A stretch of DNA of 64,000 bases from Candidatus Latescibacterota bacterium (GCA_963667175.2 CAXXXF010000014.1:224001-288000); one strand, 5' to 3'; positions 21,911 to 32,733 are shown, counted from the stretch's first letter. Notes: generated by a model from the letters alone, not told the origin. A program made the numbers and translations.

Positions 21911-23125
21911 ATGGCCGGACAATCCAACGGAAGACGGGTGAACCTCGCCATGGTGGGCTGCGGCGGCATCGCCGGCGCGCACCTCAGGGGATACGCCGAA
22001 CTCCTCGAGAAAAACGAAACGCGTTTTCGCATTGTCGCTGCCGTGGACGACGTCCCGGAACGCGCCAGGGAAATGGCAGACCGAATTGAGAGTCACACCG
22101 GCGAGCCGGTAAACGCCTACAGGACCGTGGAAGAACTGCTCAACGGCGAGAAACATCTGGACGGCGCCGATATCTGCGGCCCTCACGGTCTGCATCACGT
22201 CCTGGCCTGCGAGCTTCTTGCCGGCGGCGTGCATATTCTCTGCGAAAAACCCATCGGCATCACGGTGAAAGCCACGAAAAAGATAATCGCCGCGGCAAAG
22301 AAACACAAACGCATTGCCGCAACGGCCGAACAGTGCCGCCGCAGCGTCGGACAGCGCGCCATCCATTGGGCCTTCAACGCGGGCGGGCTGCTGGGAGAAC
22401 CCCGCTTCTGGCTGGCTGCCAGCGCCACCTGGCAGGACCCGCAGAAGTTTCCGGACTGGCACTGGCGCGTGGACCGTCGGCTGGGCGGGTGCGGCATGGT
22501 GATGGACAGCGGCGCCCACTGGGTGGATACAATGCGCTACTGGTTCGGCGAAATAGACAGCGTCTACGCCCGCGTGGAGCAAATTGAAAAACGCCCGCAC
22601 CGGAAGGGACGACGAATCATCAACGACACGCGAGAAGACTTCTGGACCAGCATCTTCAATTTCAAGAGCGGCGTTATCGGCACCTGGTCCTGGACCAACA
22701 GCGCCCCCGGCAAGGGATTCCTGCAACTCAATCTGACGGGCAGCAAGGGAACCCTTGTGGAGTACGATATCTTCCATCCGGCGGCAAGCACGCTTCGCGG
22801 CGAGTGTCAGTTGCAGGATGGCGTTTCGTACAGCATGGAACGCGTTGTGGGTATGTATCGGAGGAGCTTGAGCAAAGAAGAGAACCAACGCCTGTTTCCC
22901 CATGGCATCACCGGCGGCATGCCCCTGGAACTCAGGGACTTTATTGACGCGATCAGCACCGGGCGCAACGTGGAAATCGATGCGGAGGAAGGTCTGCGCA
23001 GCAAGGCAGTGAGTGAAGCGCTGTACGAATCGGGCAAATCCCGCGAAGTCGTCAAGGTAAATGACGTGCTCAGCGGAAAGGTCAACGCCTACCAGCGCGA
23101 CATCGACGAATACTGGCAGTTGTAA
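21911..23125 (+). CDS. Gfo/Idh/MocA oxidoreductase
   Basis: VGCGGIA, CEKP, DSGAHWVD. Confidence 0.88.
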   Translation: MAGQSNGRRVNLAMVGCGGIAGAHLRGYAELLEKNETRFRIVAAVDDVPERAREMADRIESHTGEPVNAYRTVEELLNGEKHLDGADICGPHGLHHVLACELLAGGVHILCEKPIGITVKATKKIIAAAKKHKRIAATAEQCRRSVGQRAIHWAFNAGGLLGEPRFWLAASATWQDPQKFPDWHWRVDRRLGGCGMVMDSGAHWVDTMRYWFGEIDSVYARVEQIEKRPHRKGRRIINDTREDFWTSIFNFKSGVIGTWSWTNSAPGKGFLQLNLTGSKGTLVEYDIFHPAASTLRGECQLQDGVSYSMERVVGMYRRSLSKEENQRLFPHGITGGMPLELRDFIDAISTGRNVEIDAEEGLRSKAVSEALYESGKSREVVKVNDVLSGKVNAYQRDIDEYWQL

Positions 23126-23174
23126 TGCGCCCGAGCGGAGGCGACCCGTGCGAGGTCGACCCGGGGTTTCGAGA

Positions 23175-23207
23175 CCTGTCTGCCGCGCGATGCTTGGCGC
23201 AGGCAGG
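23175..23207. repeat. 33-bp CCTG...CAGG palindromic element
   Basis: cctgtctgccgcgcgatgcttggcgcaggcagg between convergent genes. Confidence 0.75.
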
Positions 23208-23241
23208 CGGGAGAACGTCTACCTGTCTGGGGGAAAGTACA

Positions 23242-25089
23242 TCAGGACTGTTGCAGAGCGGCGCGCTCGGCCGCGAAAGTCTGCAGGAGCTGTTCCGTAT
23301 CCTGCTGGAATCGTTCCACCGGCTCGTGAATCTGGTGCCGGAACTCCTCGCAGGTTGCCTGGTAGTACTCCTGAGCCGCCCCGCGGAACACGGCGGCGTG
23401 CTGTTGAAGCGTCCGGTGGTCGTCCTGAAAATGCTCGAGGCGGTCGTGAAGCGTCCGCATCAGACGGCTGGCGTACGCCCCCATGTTTTTTCGGTAGGCC
23501 GCGCGATAACCATTGCGGAAGTGTTCCAGGTGCTCGATCGCCTCGTCCAGAAACGTCTTCACTTCGTCGACCTGCAACGCGCGCTGTGTCGTCAGAATCA
23601 GGTGATGGCCCTGGACGGCCAGCCGCACCGCGTCGGACAGACTGGCGGGATGTTTGACGAGCACCTGCAAGAGGAATTTCCAGTATTCCGACCGGTAATT
23701 CCTGTTCCAGACGCCCTGCCGCCAGATTGAACGGAAGAACGCCCTGACTTCCTGCATCCGGATCGGCATGCTGCCGACGGGCTGGCGTTTCCGGTGACTG
23801 AAGAACGTCAGGCACCGCTCGAAGAAAACCTGCGGACTGTTCAAAATTTCGACCGTCTTCCGGTGCCGGTCAAGCAGCGCGTCCGGGTCGATCACGGGGA
23901 CGTAGCTCAATTCACGACTGAAAATGCCGGAATCTCCTGTGTACTTCGCGCCTTCCACCAGCCGCCCCTGCCGGCTGAATCTTTTATAATCCGGAGTATC
24001 CCGCAATACGCCGAGGATGCCCACCATAGCTACCGGAATGCCCGCCTCACGGATGAAGGCGATGGTCCGTTCCGCGATATCGTCCGGATCAGTATCCAGC
24101 CCGATAATGAAGCCCGCCTGCACCTCGAATCCGGTCTCCTGGAGAATCTTCACCTTGTCCATGAGCGGCGTCTCGCCCTGCAGGTTTTTCTGTGCGCCCA
24201 TGAATTTCAGGCTTTCCTCTACCGGAGACTCGATTCCGGCGAATACCTTGTCGAACCCCGCGCTGTACATGGCCTCGAGCAGTTCAGGATCGTCGCTGAC
24301 GCGAATGCTGGCCTGGGTGTGGAACTGAAAAGGATAGCCGCGCTCCTGCTGCCAAGGCACGACCTCATCCGTAAGCGCGTGGCGGATGGCCTCCCGATTC
24401 CCTACGAAGTTATCGTCGACCGCCATCACGGCGCCGCGCCATCCCGCGTTGTAGAGCGCATCGAGTTCCTGAATCATCCTGCTCTTGCTCTTCAGTCGTG
24501 TCGTCTTCCCATAGAGCGACGGAATATTGCAGAAGGTACAGCTTTCCGGACACCCGCGCGTGACCTGGATCACCATATTGCTGTAGTCGTCAAAGTCGAT
24601 GAGGGACCAGCGGGGCAGCGGCGTTACGGCCAGATCCTGAAAACTCCCGCGACGGTCCACGTATTCCCGGATGACCTCTCCCGAAGCGTTGGCGAGCCGG
24701 TCGACGATATCCATAAAGCCGTTCTCGGCCTCACCCAGGTAGAATACTCCGTTACCCTCGATTTCTTCGTAATATTGGGTCGGCAGCGGGCCGCCGTTCA
24801 GGACGGGAACCCCTATTCGGTTGCAGCGCGCAATCACGTCTTCCAACGAGTGCCAGTGAATGATCATTGACGACGTGATCACGATATCCGCCCATTCGAG
24901 ATCCTCGTCGATCAGCGGGTGGGTGTTCATATCGACCATGCGCAGGTTATAGGAATCGGGCATCATACCGGCAATGGTAAGGAGCCCCAGCGGCGGGAAT
25001 GCGACCTTCTTGTCGATCATTTTCAGGGCTTCGTCAAAACTCCAGAACGTCACGGGATTCTGGGGACTGATCAGCAACGCATTCGGCAT
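23242..25089 (-). CDS. B12-binding radical SAM protein (DUF4070/HpnP-like)
   Basis: FPPLGLLT cobalamin-binding start, RGCPESCTFC, DDNFVGN, GFIIGLDTD. Confidence 0.88.
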   Translation of the reverse strand: MPNALLISPQNPVTFWSFDEALKMIDKKVAFPPLGLLTIAGMMPDSYNLRMVDMNTHPLIDEDLEWADIVITSSMIIHWHSLEDVIARCNRIGVPVLNGGPLPTQYYEEIEGNGVFYLGEAENGFMDIVDRLANASGEVIREYVDRRGSFQDLAVTPLPRWSLIDFDDYSNMVIQVTRGCPESCTFCNIPSLYGKTTRLKSKSRMIQELDALYNAGWRGAVMAVDDNFVGNREAIRHALTDEVVPWQQERGYPFQFHTQASIRVSDDPELLEAMYSAGFDKVFAGIESPVEESLKFMGAQKNLQGETPLMDKVKILQETGFEVQAGFIIGLDTDPDDIAERTIAFIREAGIPVAMVGILGVLRDTPDYKRFSRQGRLVEGAKYTGDSGIFSRELSYVPVIDPDALLDRHRKTVEILNSPQVFFERCLTFFSHRKRQPVGSMPIRMQEVRAFFRSIWRQGVWNRNYRSEYWKFLLQVLVKHPASLSDAVRLAVQGHHLILTTQRALQVDEVKTFLDEAIEHLEHFRNGYRAAYRKNMGAYASRLMRTLHDRLEHFQDDHRTLQQHAAVFRGAAQEYYQATCEEFRHQIHEPVERFQQDTEQLLQTFAAERAALQQS

Positions 25090-25446
25090 GTACCAACCCT
25101 TTCAACGAACACACAAAGAGACCGCCCTTACGGAAACGGCCGGACAATCGCAGCAGGTCGTCTGTCCGCGCCGGCGGTTTGAATCATCGACCCGCCCGAT
25201 CCGCGCGGACATCAGGCGCTTTCAGACTATAATATAACGGTTTTTGGGATTCGCGCCACCGTAAAAGTGACCGGCTTCGAGGCCCCGATGCCGGGAACGT
25301 CGCGCCGCCAGGCCGATGTTCCCTTGGCTCCGGAACGGACAGGAGATTACCCTTGACAGGGCGTCCGGAACCGCCGTAACATATTGAAGAAACGCCATGT
25401 CCGGGCGTCACCGGATTTGTTCGTCCACTATTCACGGGGAAATGCC

Positions 25447-26184
25447 TTGGCCCTGACCGAAGAGGATCTGTGGTATTTCAACCACACCGGCATCTACAGG
25501 GTTCCGGAAACCCTGCCGGACGATCTCGTCGGACGCCTGAACGCCGTGACCGACGAACAGATCCGGGGGATGATCGAACCGGTTGTCTGGGAGAAATCCG
25601 GCTCTCGCGGACCCGGCGACGTGCGCCGGCTCTCGAAGATCCTCTCCCGTGACCGTACTTATCTCCACGCGGCCACTCATCCTCGTGTTCTGGATCCACT
25701 CACATCCATTCTCGGCCCGAATATCGAATTGCTCACGAACAAACACAATCACATCATGGTCCGCCCGCCTGGATCAGAAACCGTCTACTGGCACAGCGGA
25801 GAAGAACCCTACCAGCCCGCACTGGTTACGGCCCTCATCTACCTCGAGGAGTCCACTCTGGACAATGGCTGCGTCCGCATCGTGCCGGGAAGCCATCGGC
25901 GTCCGTTCAGGCGTCCGCGACGTCCGGACGGGGAGTTCGAGACCTCCGACCTATTCACCAAATCTCTCCCCGTGCCGATGCCGCGCGGGGGTGTCCTGCT
26001 GTTCAACGACGCATGCTTCCACGGTTCCGGCGCCAACAATTCGACCGTTTCCCGAAGGAGCATGACACTGGGTTACCAGACGCACGCCGCCCACGACGTC
26101 ATCAAAGAGGACCCTGAAAAAATCCTCGTCGCGGGCGAACGAATCTATATCGGTCATCCGCACCCTTTCCCCCGGGTCGAGTAA
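25447..26184 (+). CDS. PhyH-family Fe(II)/2-oxoglutarate enzyme with H-S-G motif (candidate halogenase)
   Basis: WHSGE, ALIYLEE..DNGCVRIVPGSH, FHGSGAN.S..SRR; start codon uncertain (TTG 25447). Confidence 0.85.
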   Translation: MALTEEDLWYFNHTGIYRVPETLPDDLVGRLNAVTDEQIRGMIEPVVWEKSGSRGPGDVRRLSKILSRDRTYLHAATHPRVLDPLTSILGPNIELLTNKHNHIMVRPPGSETVYWHSGEEPYQPALVTALIYLEESTLDNGCVRIVPGSHRRPFRRPRRPDGEFETSDLFTKSLPVPMPRGGVLLFNDACFHGSGANNSTVSRRSMTLGYQTHAAHDVIKEDPEKILVAGERIYIGHPHPFPRVE

Positions 26185-26196
26185 GAGGAGACGCCG

Positions 26197-26868
26197 ATGG
26201 ACGGCATACACGATATGGGCGGGATGCACGGATTCGGCCCGGTCGTACGCGAAGAAGACGAACCCCTGTTCCATCATGAGTGGGAAAGGCGCGTGCTGGG
26301 CATCGCCGTTGCCACACCCGTGCCCGTGCCCGGCGGTTCGCGCAACAACATCGAAAACATGGACCCTGCCCACTATCTGTCGTCCACCTACTACGAAAAG
26401 TGGCTACACTCCAGGGTCAAGGGCCTGATCGATGCCGGCGCCCTTACAGCGAACGAGCTGGAGACGAGAATGGCGCTGCTCCGGAAGAGGCCGGACGCCG
26501 AAACACCGGTCCACCCCGACCCGGACGGCGTCCGCGCTGACCTCGCGAGCCGAGGAACGGCTCCATCCACACCATCGCAAGCGGACGTGCGGCCGCAATA
26601 TCAAGAAGGCGACCCGGTACTGGCGCTGAACCTCCACCCTGAAGGGCACACCCGGCTTCCGCGGTACGTCCGGGGAAAAACGGGCACGATCGCGCGCTTT
26701 TACGGTATCCACGACCTTCAGGACGCCGAATTGCCCCGCGGGTGCGTGCGCCGCGAACAACCGCTGTATGCCGTGCGCTTCGCATCCCGCGAACTGTGGG
26801 GGGAGTGTGCCGAAGCCGGTAGCGCAGTCTATCTGGATATGTGGGAAGGCTATCTGGAACCCGTGTAA
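26197..26868 (+). CDS. nthB: Nitrile hydratase beta subunit
   Basis: MDGIHDMGGMHGFGP, WERR, YYEKW, HTRLPRYVRGK, WEGYLEP. Confidence 0.95.
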   Translation: MDGIHDMGGMHGFGPVVREEDEPLFHHEWERRVLGIAVATPVPVPGGSRNNIENMDPAHYLSSTYYEKWLHSRVKGLIDAGALTANELETRMALLRKRPDAETPVHPDPDGVRADLASRGTAPSTPSQADVRPQYQEGDPVLALNLHPEGHTRLPRYVRGKTGTIARFYGIHDLQDAELPRGCVRREQPLYAVRFASRELWGECAEAGSAVYLDMWEGYLEPV

Positions 26869-26898
26869 TCACAACTGGAACAGAGAGGGCCCGTTGCC

Positions 26899-27507
26899 AT
26901 GAGCAGACATGAAGACACGGTACCGAGCGGGCCCGACGCGGCGCTACGCACACGAGCGCTGGAGTCGCTCCTGGTTGAGAAGGGTCTGGTCACGACCGAA
27001 CGCATAGACGAAGTCGTGAACATGTACGAGAACGACGTCGGCCCGCTCAACGGCGCCAGAGTGGTGGCCCGCGCCTGGACGGACCCCGACTACAGGCGGA
27101 GACTGCTGGAAGACGGCAGAGCGGCGATTGCGGAACTGGGCTTCAGCGGCAGGGAGGGCGCTGAGATCGTCGTTCTGGAAAACACGCCGGAAGTCCACAA
27201 CGTTGTGGTTTGCACCCTGTGCTCCTGTTATCCCTGGCAGGTGCTCGGCCTGCCGCCCGGATGGTACAAGTCCTACGCCTACCGCTCCCGACTCGTCCGG
27301 GAACCGAGAGCCGTACTGAAGGAGTTCGACCTTCATCTGCCCGATTCGGTGGAGGTCCGTGTCTGGGACAGCAACTCGGATCTCCGCTATATGGTACTCC
27401 CGGAACGTCCCGGCGGCACGGAAGGCTTTACCGAGGAGGCGCTTGTCCCGCTCGTCACGCGCGACGCGATGATCGGCGTTGCCAGGCTCGATTCCCCATC
27501 GACGTGA
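26899..27507 (+). CDS. nthA: Nitrile hydratase alpha subunit, cobalt type
   Basis: [10 protein letters not shown] metal-binding motif (Thr/Tyr pattern of Co-type enzymes). Confidence 0.96.
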   Translation: MSRHEDTVPSGPDAALRTRALESLLVEKGLVTTERIDEVVNMYENDVGPLNGARVVARAWTDPDYRRRLLEDGRAAIAELGFSGREGAEIVVLENTPEVHNVVVCTLCSCYPWQVLGLPPGWYKSYAYRSRLVREPRAVLKEFDLHLPDSVEVRVWDSNSDLRYMVLPERPGGTEGFTEEALVPLVTRDAMIGVARLDSPST

Positions 27508-27573
27508 GACGAGCATGATCCGTGGAATCGACAGGAAGATTGCGGACGCGGAAACGACCTTGCGATCCGTCAA

Positions 27574-28557
27574 TCAGGCGCCCACGTTAACCGGCCGGCC
27601 CTCCCGCGCCGACCTGTAGACGGCCTCCAGCAACGCCACTGTCCGGCGGCCTTCCCGCCCGTGGACCCGGAGCGGCGTCCTTCTCTCCACGGCGCTGACC
27701 ACGTCCTCCACGATATTCTGAAGTGGATTCTCCACCGTCGCCAGCCGTTCCTGCAGACCCTCGCCGAATACCTTCATGCCGCCGGTCAGCACGTCTTCGA
27801 TCAGCACCCCGCCGTCCGATCCGTGAACTTCCGCGCTGAAATACGCACTCGACGGAAACGTGGTGGTTCCGACAATCGTGCCTTTCGCGCCGCTCTCGAA
27901 ATTCACGATCGCCAGCCCGATATCCTCAGTCTCGATCTCGTGATTCATGACGGCCATTTCACCATAGACCGAAACCGCGTCGCCCATAAACCAGCACAGC
28001 ACGTCCAGGAGGTGCGCCCCCTGGTTGGCGAGCGATCCGCCCCCGTCCATCTTCCACGTCCCACGCCAGCCGCCGCTCGCCTCGAAATAGGACGCCGCCC
28101 GGAACCACTTGAAACGCACCTCGCCGAGAATGGGCTTGCCGAGCCAGCCCCGCCTCAGCGCTTCGGCCACGCGCCAGTTGTTGTCGACGTACCGGCTCTG
28201 GTAGTCCACGCCGCAGAGCACGCCGGCCTCGTCGCAGGCCGCGATCAACCGGTCGCACGCGTCGGTCGACACGTCCATGGGCTTGGTCGTGATCACGTGT
28301 TTGGCCGCGCGGGCTGCCCGGATGCCCAGGTCGGCGTGGGTCCCGCTGGGGGTCATCACCATCACCACGTCCACGTCCGCCCGATCAAGCGCCGCGTTCA
28401 GGTCCGTCGTGCCCTCCACGTCCAGTTCGGAACTCACCTTTTCCAGGCGCGTTCGGTCCAGGTCCACCACGACCTTCAACTCCGCGCCGTCCGTGGCGTG
28501 GATCAGTCTGGACCGGTTGTGTCCCATTCCCAGGCCGACAACCGCGAATCCGACCAT
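27574..28557 (-). CDS. Gfo/Idh/MocA oxidoreductase
   Basis: VGLGMG, TKPM, WRGTWKMDGGGSLANQGAH. Confidence 0.88.
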   Translation of the reverse strand: MVGFAVVGLGMGHNRSRLIHATDGAELKVVVDLDRTRLEKVSSELDVEGTTDLNAALDRADVDVVMVMTPSGTHADLGIRAARAAKHVITTKPMDVSTDACDRLIAACDEAGVLCGVDYQSRYVDNNWRVAEALRRGWLGKPILGEVRFKWFRAASYFEASGGWRGTWKMDGGGSLANQGAHLLDVLCWFMGDAVSVYGEMAVMNHEIETEDIGLAIVNFESGAKGTIVGTTTFPSSAYFSAEVHGSDGGVLIEDVLTGGMKVFGEGLQERLATVENPLQNIVEDVVSAVERRTPLRVHGREGRRTVALLEAVYRSAREGRPVNVGA

Positions 28558-28664
28558 GTCTGATAGCCTCCCCTGTTGATCTGTCCCAAAAAGACGTCAC
28601 CATTTCCCACAGTTCTCTTTTTGCCTTGGATTCTTCCCCACCCCTTAACTTCCCCTATTCCCTT

Positions 28665-28775
28665 GCCCTTTTTCTTGCTTCGCCCAAGAAAAAGGGCGAA
28701 AAAGAAGGGCGCCTGCCTGCGCAACGTACTGCGCTGCAGGCAGGCCGCTCAAACGCTGCGGGGCTGCTTTTCCGC
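28665..28775. repeat. Intergenic structured element: 13-bp hairpin, nested 33-bp CCTG...CAGG (28712-28744), CGCTCAAAC
   Basis: gccctttttcttg / caagaaaaagggc perfect stem at 28665-28697. Confidence 0.6.
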
Positions 28776-29029
28776 GAACCGCCTCTGTGAAGAAACATTG
28801 CGCCGTTGCCCTGTAACCCTCGCAGGCGTTCCTGGACGCTCGTGCTGGACGGACTAGCGAGGAAAAGCCCCTACCCGACGACCGGGCGGGCGAAGGGGAT
28901 TCCAGGCAGGTCTGTCTCACGGAGTCCCAGTCGTTCCGCCGTCTTCCTTTCGCTGTTTGTCTTTGATTTTGGCAGACGGCTGAATGCTGACAGCTGAAAG
29001 CTGCCTTTTGCTGCTTCTCGTCCCGCGAA

Positions 29030-29983
29030 TCAGCCGAACAGTTCCCGTACCCGACTCACGGCGTGGGCCGACAATGTCTTCCCGGCGGCGTTGACGATGT
29101 CATCCAGTTGTGCCGGCGTCTTCGCCCCGGGGATGACCGTGGAAACCGCGGGATTCGAAAGGACGAACCGCAACGCCGCGTCGACCATGGAATCCGCCTC
29201 CTCCAGCAGAAAATCCAGCTTTCCGACCTGCGCCGCCGTCTCTCTCACCCTCTCTGACGTGTACCTGATACTCCGCAGGTCGTCCGCGGGAAATTCGGTA
29301 CGTTCATTGTACTTTCCCGTCAGCCAGCCGGAAGCCAGGGGCACCCGCGCGATCATGCCCACGCCCTTTTCCAGCGCCGCGGGAAACAGGGCGTCGCCTT
29401 CCTTCTGCTGAAGGATGTTGTACACCAGCTGAATCGCCTCGGCGCCGCCCTCCATCGCGCGCAGTCCTTCCTCCACAACCACGTCGGAGGTTTCGACCGG
29501 ACTGATCGAAACGCCCCACGCACAAATCTTGCCCGACCCCTTCAGGTCTCTCATCAACCCGAACAGGGCGTCGGTCATGCCCTCCAGCGGCGGGCCGTGC
29601 AACAGATACAGATCCACGGTATCTCGCTCCAGGCGCGTAAGACTCGCGTCCAGCGCGCCAAGGATATACGGTTCGGAGAAATCCTGCCCCGGCGCCGCGA
29701 GACTCATCCCAACCTTGGTGCAGATCACGGCATCGTTCTTGTTTTCGTACAAACCCAGACCCACCAGCACCTCGCTCTTGCCGCGGCCGTACGCATCCGC
29801 TGTATCATAGAATGTCACACCGCGCGCCCAGGAACGGCGGACGGTGTCAATCGACCCCATGACGTCCACACCGGACCAGCCGGTGGGGCTGCCTCCCCGG
29901 AATGACGCGCCGCCGATCGGCCAGCAACCCAACCCCACTTCCGAGATCCGTATTCCCGTTCGTCCAAGTTCCCGAGACCTCAT
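29030..29983 (-). CDS. Aldo/keto reductase
   Basis: LGRTGIRISEVGLG, DTADAYG, DLYLLH, RVPLASGWL, VIPGAK. Confidence 0.9.
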   Translation of the reverse strand: MRSRELGRTGIRISEVGLGCWPIGGASFRGGSPTGWSGVDVMGSIDTVRRSWARGVTFYDTADAYGRGKSEVLVGLGLYENKNDAVICTKVGMSLAAPGQDFSEPYILGALDASLTRLERDTVDLYLLHGPPLEGMTDALFGLMRDLKGSGKICAWGVSISPVETSDVVVEEGLRAMEGGAEAIQLVYNILQQKEGDALFPAALEKGVGMIARVPLASGWLTGKYNERTEFPADDLRSIRYTSERVRETAAQVGKLDFLLEEADSMVDAALRFVLSNPAVSTVIPGAKTPAQLDDIVNAAGKTLSAHAVSRVRELFG

Positions 29984-30024
29984 CCTGCCCTCCCTCTTTC
30001 ATCAGTACGATGCCTGCGCGGGGG

Positions 30025-31209
30025 TCAATCCGCCAATGCAAACGCCTCGCGTTCCCGACGGAGCAACCCCTCCGGATCCACCCACTGACTCACCACCAGT
30101 GAAATCAACGCCAGGACCGCGCCGCTGAAAAAGATCACCTGGTAGCCGAAGTAACGCCACACCAGCCCGCCGATCAGCGGCGCAGCCACGGCTGCGAAAT
30201 GGTTCATTGTCACACCCATGGACAGCGTGGGTTTCAGGTCCTCCTGCGGCGCGATCTTGTGCAGGTACGTGGTCAGCGCGATGCCCCCGAAGAAGATAAG
30301 GTTGTCCAGGCAATATAGCACGTACAGCGTCGGACGGTGCTGAATTGCGCCATATCCGAAGAAAACGAAGGCCAGCCCGATATAGCTCCAGCTGAGCACC
30401 GCCCGCTCTCCATACATGTCCACCATCCGGCCCATCAACGGGGCCGTTAACGTAATCAGCGTCTGATTGATGAGCACGAGCGCCATCGTCGTCTCCACGG
30501 GCATCCCATGGACTTTCACCAGCGCGAAGATGGCAAACGTAATAAACATCTGCTTTCGGCAACCCTGAAGAAAATTCAGCGCGTAATACAGGCCGTAGCG
30601 GCGTCGGAACACGAAACTCTTCTCCCGAACGTCCGGGCGCCTTCTGCTGGCGAAGAAGATCGTCAGTCCGCCCAGCGCGGTGATCGCTCCCGCGCCCACG
30701 AACAGCCAGTCGTAGCGGATCAGATGGAAAACGAGATTGCAGACCCCGATGGTCAGCAGCCACGCCAGGGCATGAACGCTCCGCAACTGACCCAGCCATT
30801 TTCCTTTCTTTCCCTCGGGCGAAAACCGCAACGCCATGGACTGTTCCATGGGGATCCAGCAATGGAACCCGATGCCCCACAGCGCCGAATATACCGCGAG
30901 GGAAAACACGGTATACACGTCGGCGTACGCGGCAAGCCCGGCGCCCATCACCAGCAGGGAAACACCCGCGACGACAGGTGGCGCCACGCGCATCATGAGC
31001 GCGATGAAGAACGCATTCAGGAATCCCGACGTCTCCCGCAGGGCTTCCACGTACCCGAGTTCGTGCGGCTCGATGCCCAGGCGATCCACGGCGAAGTTGT
31101 TGTACAACGTGAGTTGCACGCCAAAGAACACGCCGACGGAAAACGCCGCCGCGGCCAGCAGTTTGAAATCCCGGTTCCATTCGGAAAACGGATTGCCGAT
31201 CCGGATCAA
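30025..31209 (-). CDS. MFS transporter
   Basis: About 12 transmembrane segments, GRMVDMYGER motif; TTG start with GGAG RBS. Confidence 0.82.
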   Translation of the reverse strand: MIRIGNPFSEWNRDFKLLAAAAFSVGVFFGVQLTLYNNFAVDRLGIEPHELGYVEALRETSGFLNAFFIALMMRVAPPVVAGVSLLVMGAGLAAYADVYTVFSLAVYSALWGIGFHCWIPMEQSMALRFSPEGKKGKWLGQLRSVHALAWLLTIGVCNLVFHLIRYDWLFVGAGAITALGGLTIFFASRRRPDVREKSFVFRRRYGLYYALNFLQGCRKQMFITFAIFALVKVHGMPVETTMALVLINQTLITLTAPLMGRMVDMYGERAVLSWSYIGLAFVFFGYGAIQHRPTLYVLYCLDNLIFFGGIALTTYLHKIAPQEDLKPTLSMGVTMNHFAAVAAPLIGGLVWRYFGYQVIFFSGAVLALISLVVSQWVDPEGLLRREREAFALAD

Positions 31210-31280
31210 TTGTGGCTCCGATCGGGGGAAGGACGTTCGGGTGTCCTGCCTTGCACATTTGACCGGACGAGAACAGAGGG

Positions 31281-31646
31281 CTAGTCCACGTCCACAACCA
31301 CGCGCACGCCGACAACGCGGACCGGGTAGACCCGCACGCGGAACCGATCGGGCTCGATCAGGGCGCGGCCGGTGGCCAGGTCGAATTGCCAGCCGTGCCA
31401 GGGGCAGGTCAGGATTTCGCCCACGCGGCCGTAGGTGATTTCCTCGCCGGGACGGCACGGCAGGGCGGTACCGCCCACGTTTCCGGCGGACAGCGGGGCG
31501 CCCTGATGGGGACAGATATCGCGCAACGCGAAAAACCGGCGGCCGCGTCGGACCACCGTCAACGCCCTCCCTCCCGCTGCCACCCGACGTGGCCGGCCGG
31601 GCCCGAAGTCCTCAACTGACCCGATATCGATTGTCTTCAAGGCCAT
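31281..31646 (-). CDS. Rieske [2Fe-2S] ferredoxin
   Basis: CPHQG and CPWHGW. Confidence 0.9.
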   Translation of the reverse strand: MALKTIDIGSVEDFGPGRPRRVAAGGRALTVVRRGRRFFALRDICPHQGAPLSAGNVGGTALPCRPGEEITYGRVGEILTCPWHGWQFDLATGRALIEPDRFRVRVYPVRVVGVRVVVDVD

Positions 31647-32733
31647 AGAAAGCCGCCGCGTTTTCGGACAGAATGCGTTGTCTGAGGGCGCCTTTGATGA
31701 CCCGCGGCAGGGCCCGGTCCGGGGCGTCGAAGTCCCAGTGGGGGTAATCGGTGGCAAACATCAGGAAGTCGTCACGCCCGATCATATCCAGAATGGACAG
31801 CAGGTGCCGCGTATCGGCGGGTTCCTCCATGGGCTGCGTCGTGGCGCGGAAGTGATCCAGGATGTATTCGCTTGGCAGCCTCCGGAGCCAGGGCACTTCG
31901 CCGCGCAGCCCCCGGTAGTTCTTGTCCAGCCGCCACATGAGCGCCGGAAGCCAGGCAAATCCTCCCTCGATGAGGGCCGCCCGGGCGAACGGCAATTCCT
32001 CGAAAACGCCTTCGCATACCAGGCTGATGACCTGGGCTTCGAAGGCCTGCGACATTCCCGTGTGATCCTCGATATAGTAGGACGGCCAGCCGCTGGCGGT
32101 AATGGGATTGCCGCCGCCGCCAAAGTGGATGCCTACCGGCAGGTCGGCGGCAGCCGCCGCGCGAAAGATGGGCCTGAATTCGCGTCGGCCGTAGGGGGCG
32201 TATGAGCGCACGAGCAGCAGCACCTGTACGAAGCGACGGTCGACGGCGAGGCGCTCGATCTCGGCCGCGGCGGCCTCTGCGTCCTGGATATTGACGACGA
32301 TGGAGCCGCGCCAGCGCCGGTCGGCGTCAAGCCATGCCTCCCGGGTCCATTCGTTGACCGCCCGCTGCAGCGCGTTGGCAAGGTCGATATTTCGCACGGA
32401 CGACACCGCGACGAGCGGGTTGAGGACCGCATAGTCGATATCCCACGTGTCGAGCAGTTGCTCCCGGGCGAAATCGGCGTCTGTCCCCGGCTTTTTTCCG
32501 TTTGACGGCCACGCGTCGCGCCGGGCGGCCTGGGCATAGAGCTTCGGATAGATTGAAACCGACGGGATCGTAAACCCGGACTGCTTCACGTACGCCTGCC
32601 ACCGGCTCGACAGATGGGGCAGGAGTTCGTCGATGCAGTCGGGATAATTGTGGACGTCCGCGTCGATCAGGGTCACATCGGACTTTCGGCCGTTTGTCGC
32701 CGGCGCCTCGGATTCCGCGGTTGTTCGTACCAT
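31612..32733 (-). CDS. Amidohydrolase_2 family protein
   Basis: [30 protein letters not shown]. Confidence 0.9.
   Translation of the reverse strand: MVRTTAESEAPATNGRKSDVTLIDADVHNYPDCIDELLPHLSSRWQAYVKQSGFTIPSVSIYPKLYAQAARRDAWPSNGKKPGTDADFAREQLLDTWDIDYAVLNPLVAVSSVRNIDLANALQRAVNEWTREAWLDADRRWRGSIVVNIQDAEAAAAEIERLAVDRRFVQVLLLVRSYAPYGRREFRPIFRAAAAADLPVGIHFGGGGNPITASGWPSYYIEDHTGMSQAFEAQVISLVCEGVFEELPFARAALIEGGFAWLPALMWRLDKNYRGLRGEVPWLRRLPSEYILDHFRATTQPMEEPADTRHLLSILDMIGRDDFLMFATDYPHWDFDAPDRALPRVIKGALRQRILSENAAAFYGLEDNRYRVS

Noticed and set aside
23242-25089. Calling the radical SAM gene hpnP (hopanoid C-2 methylase)
   Set aside because: The domain architecture is shared by a broad DUF4070 family and there is no hopanoid gene context here.
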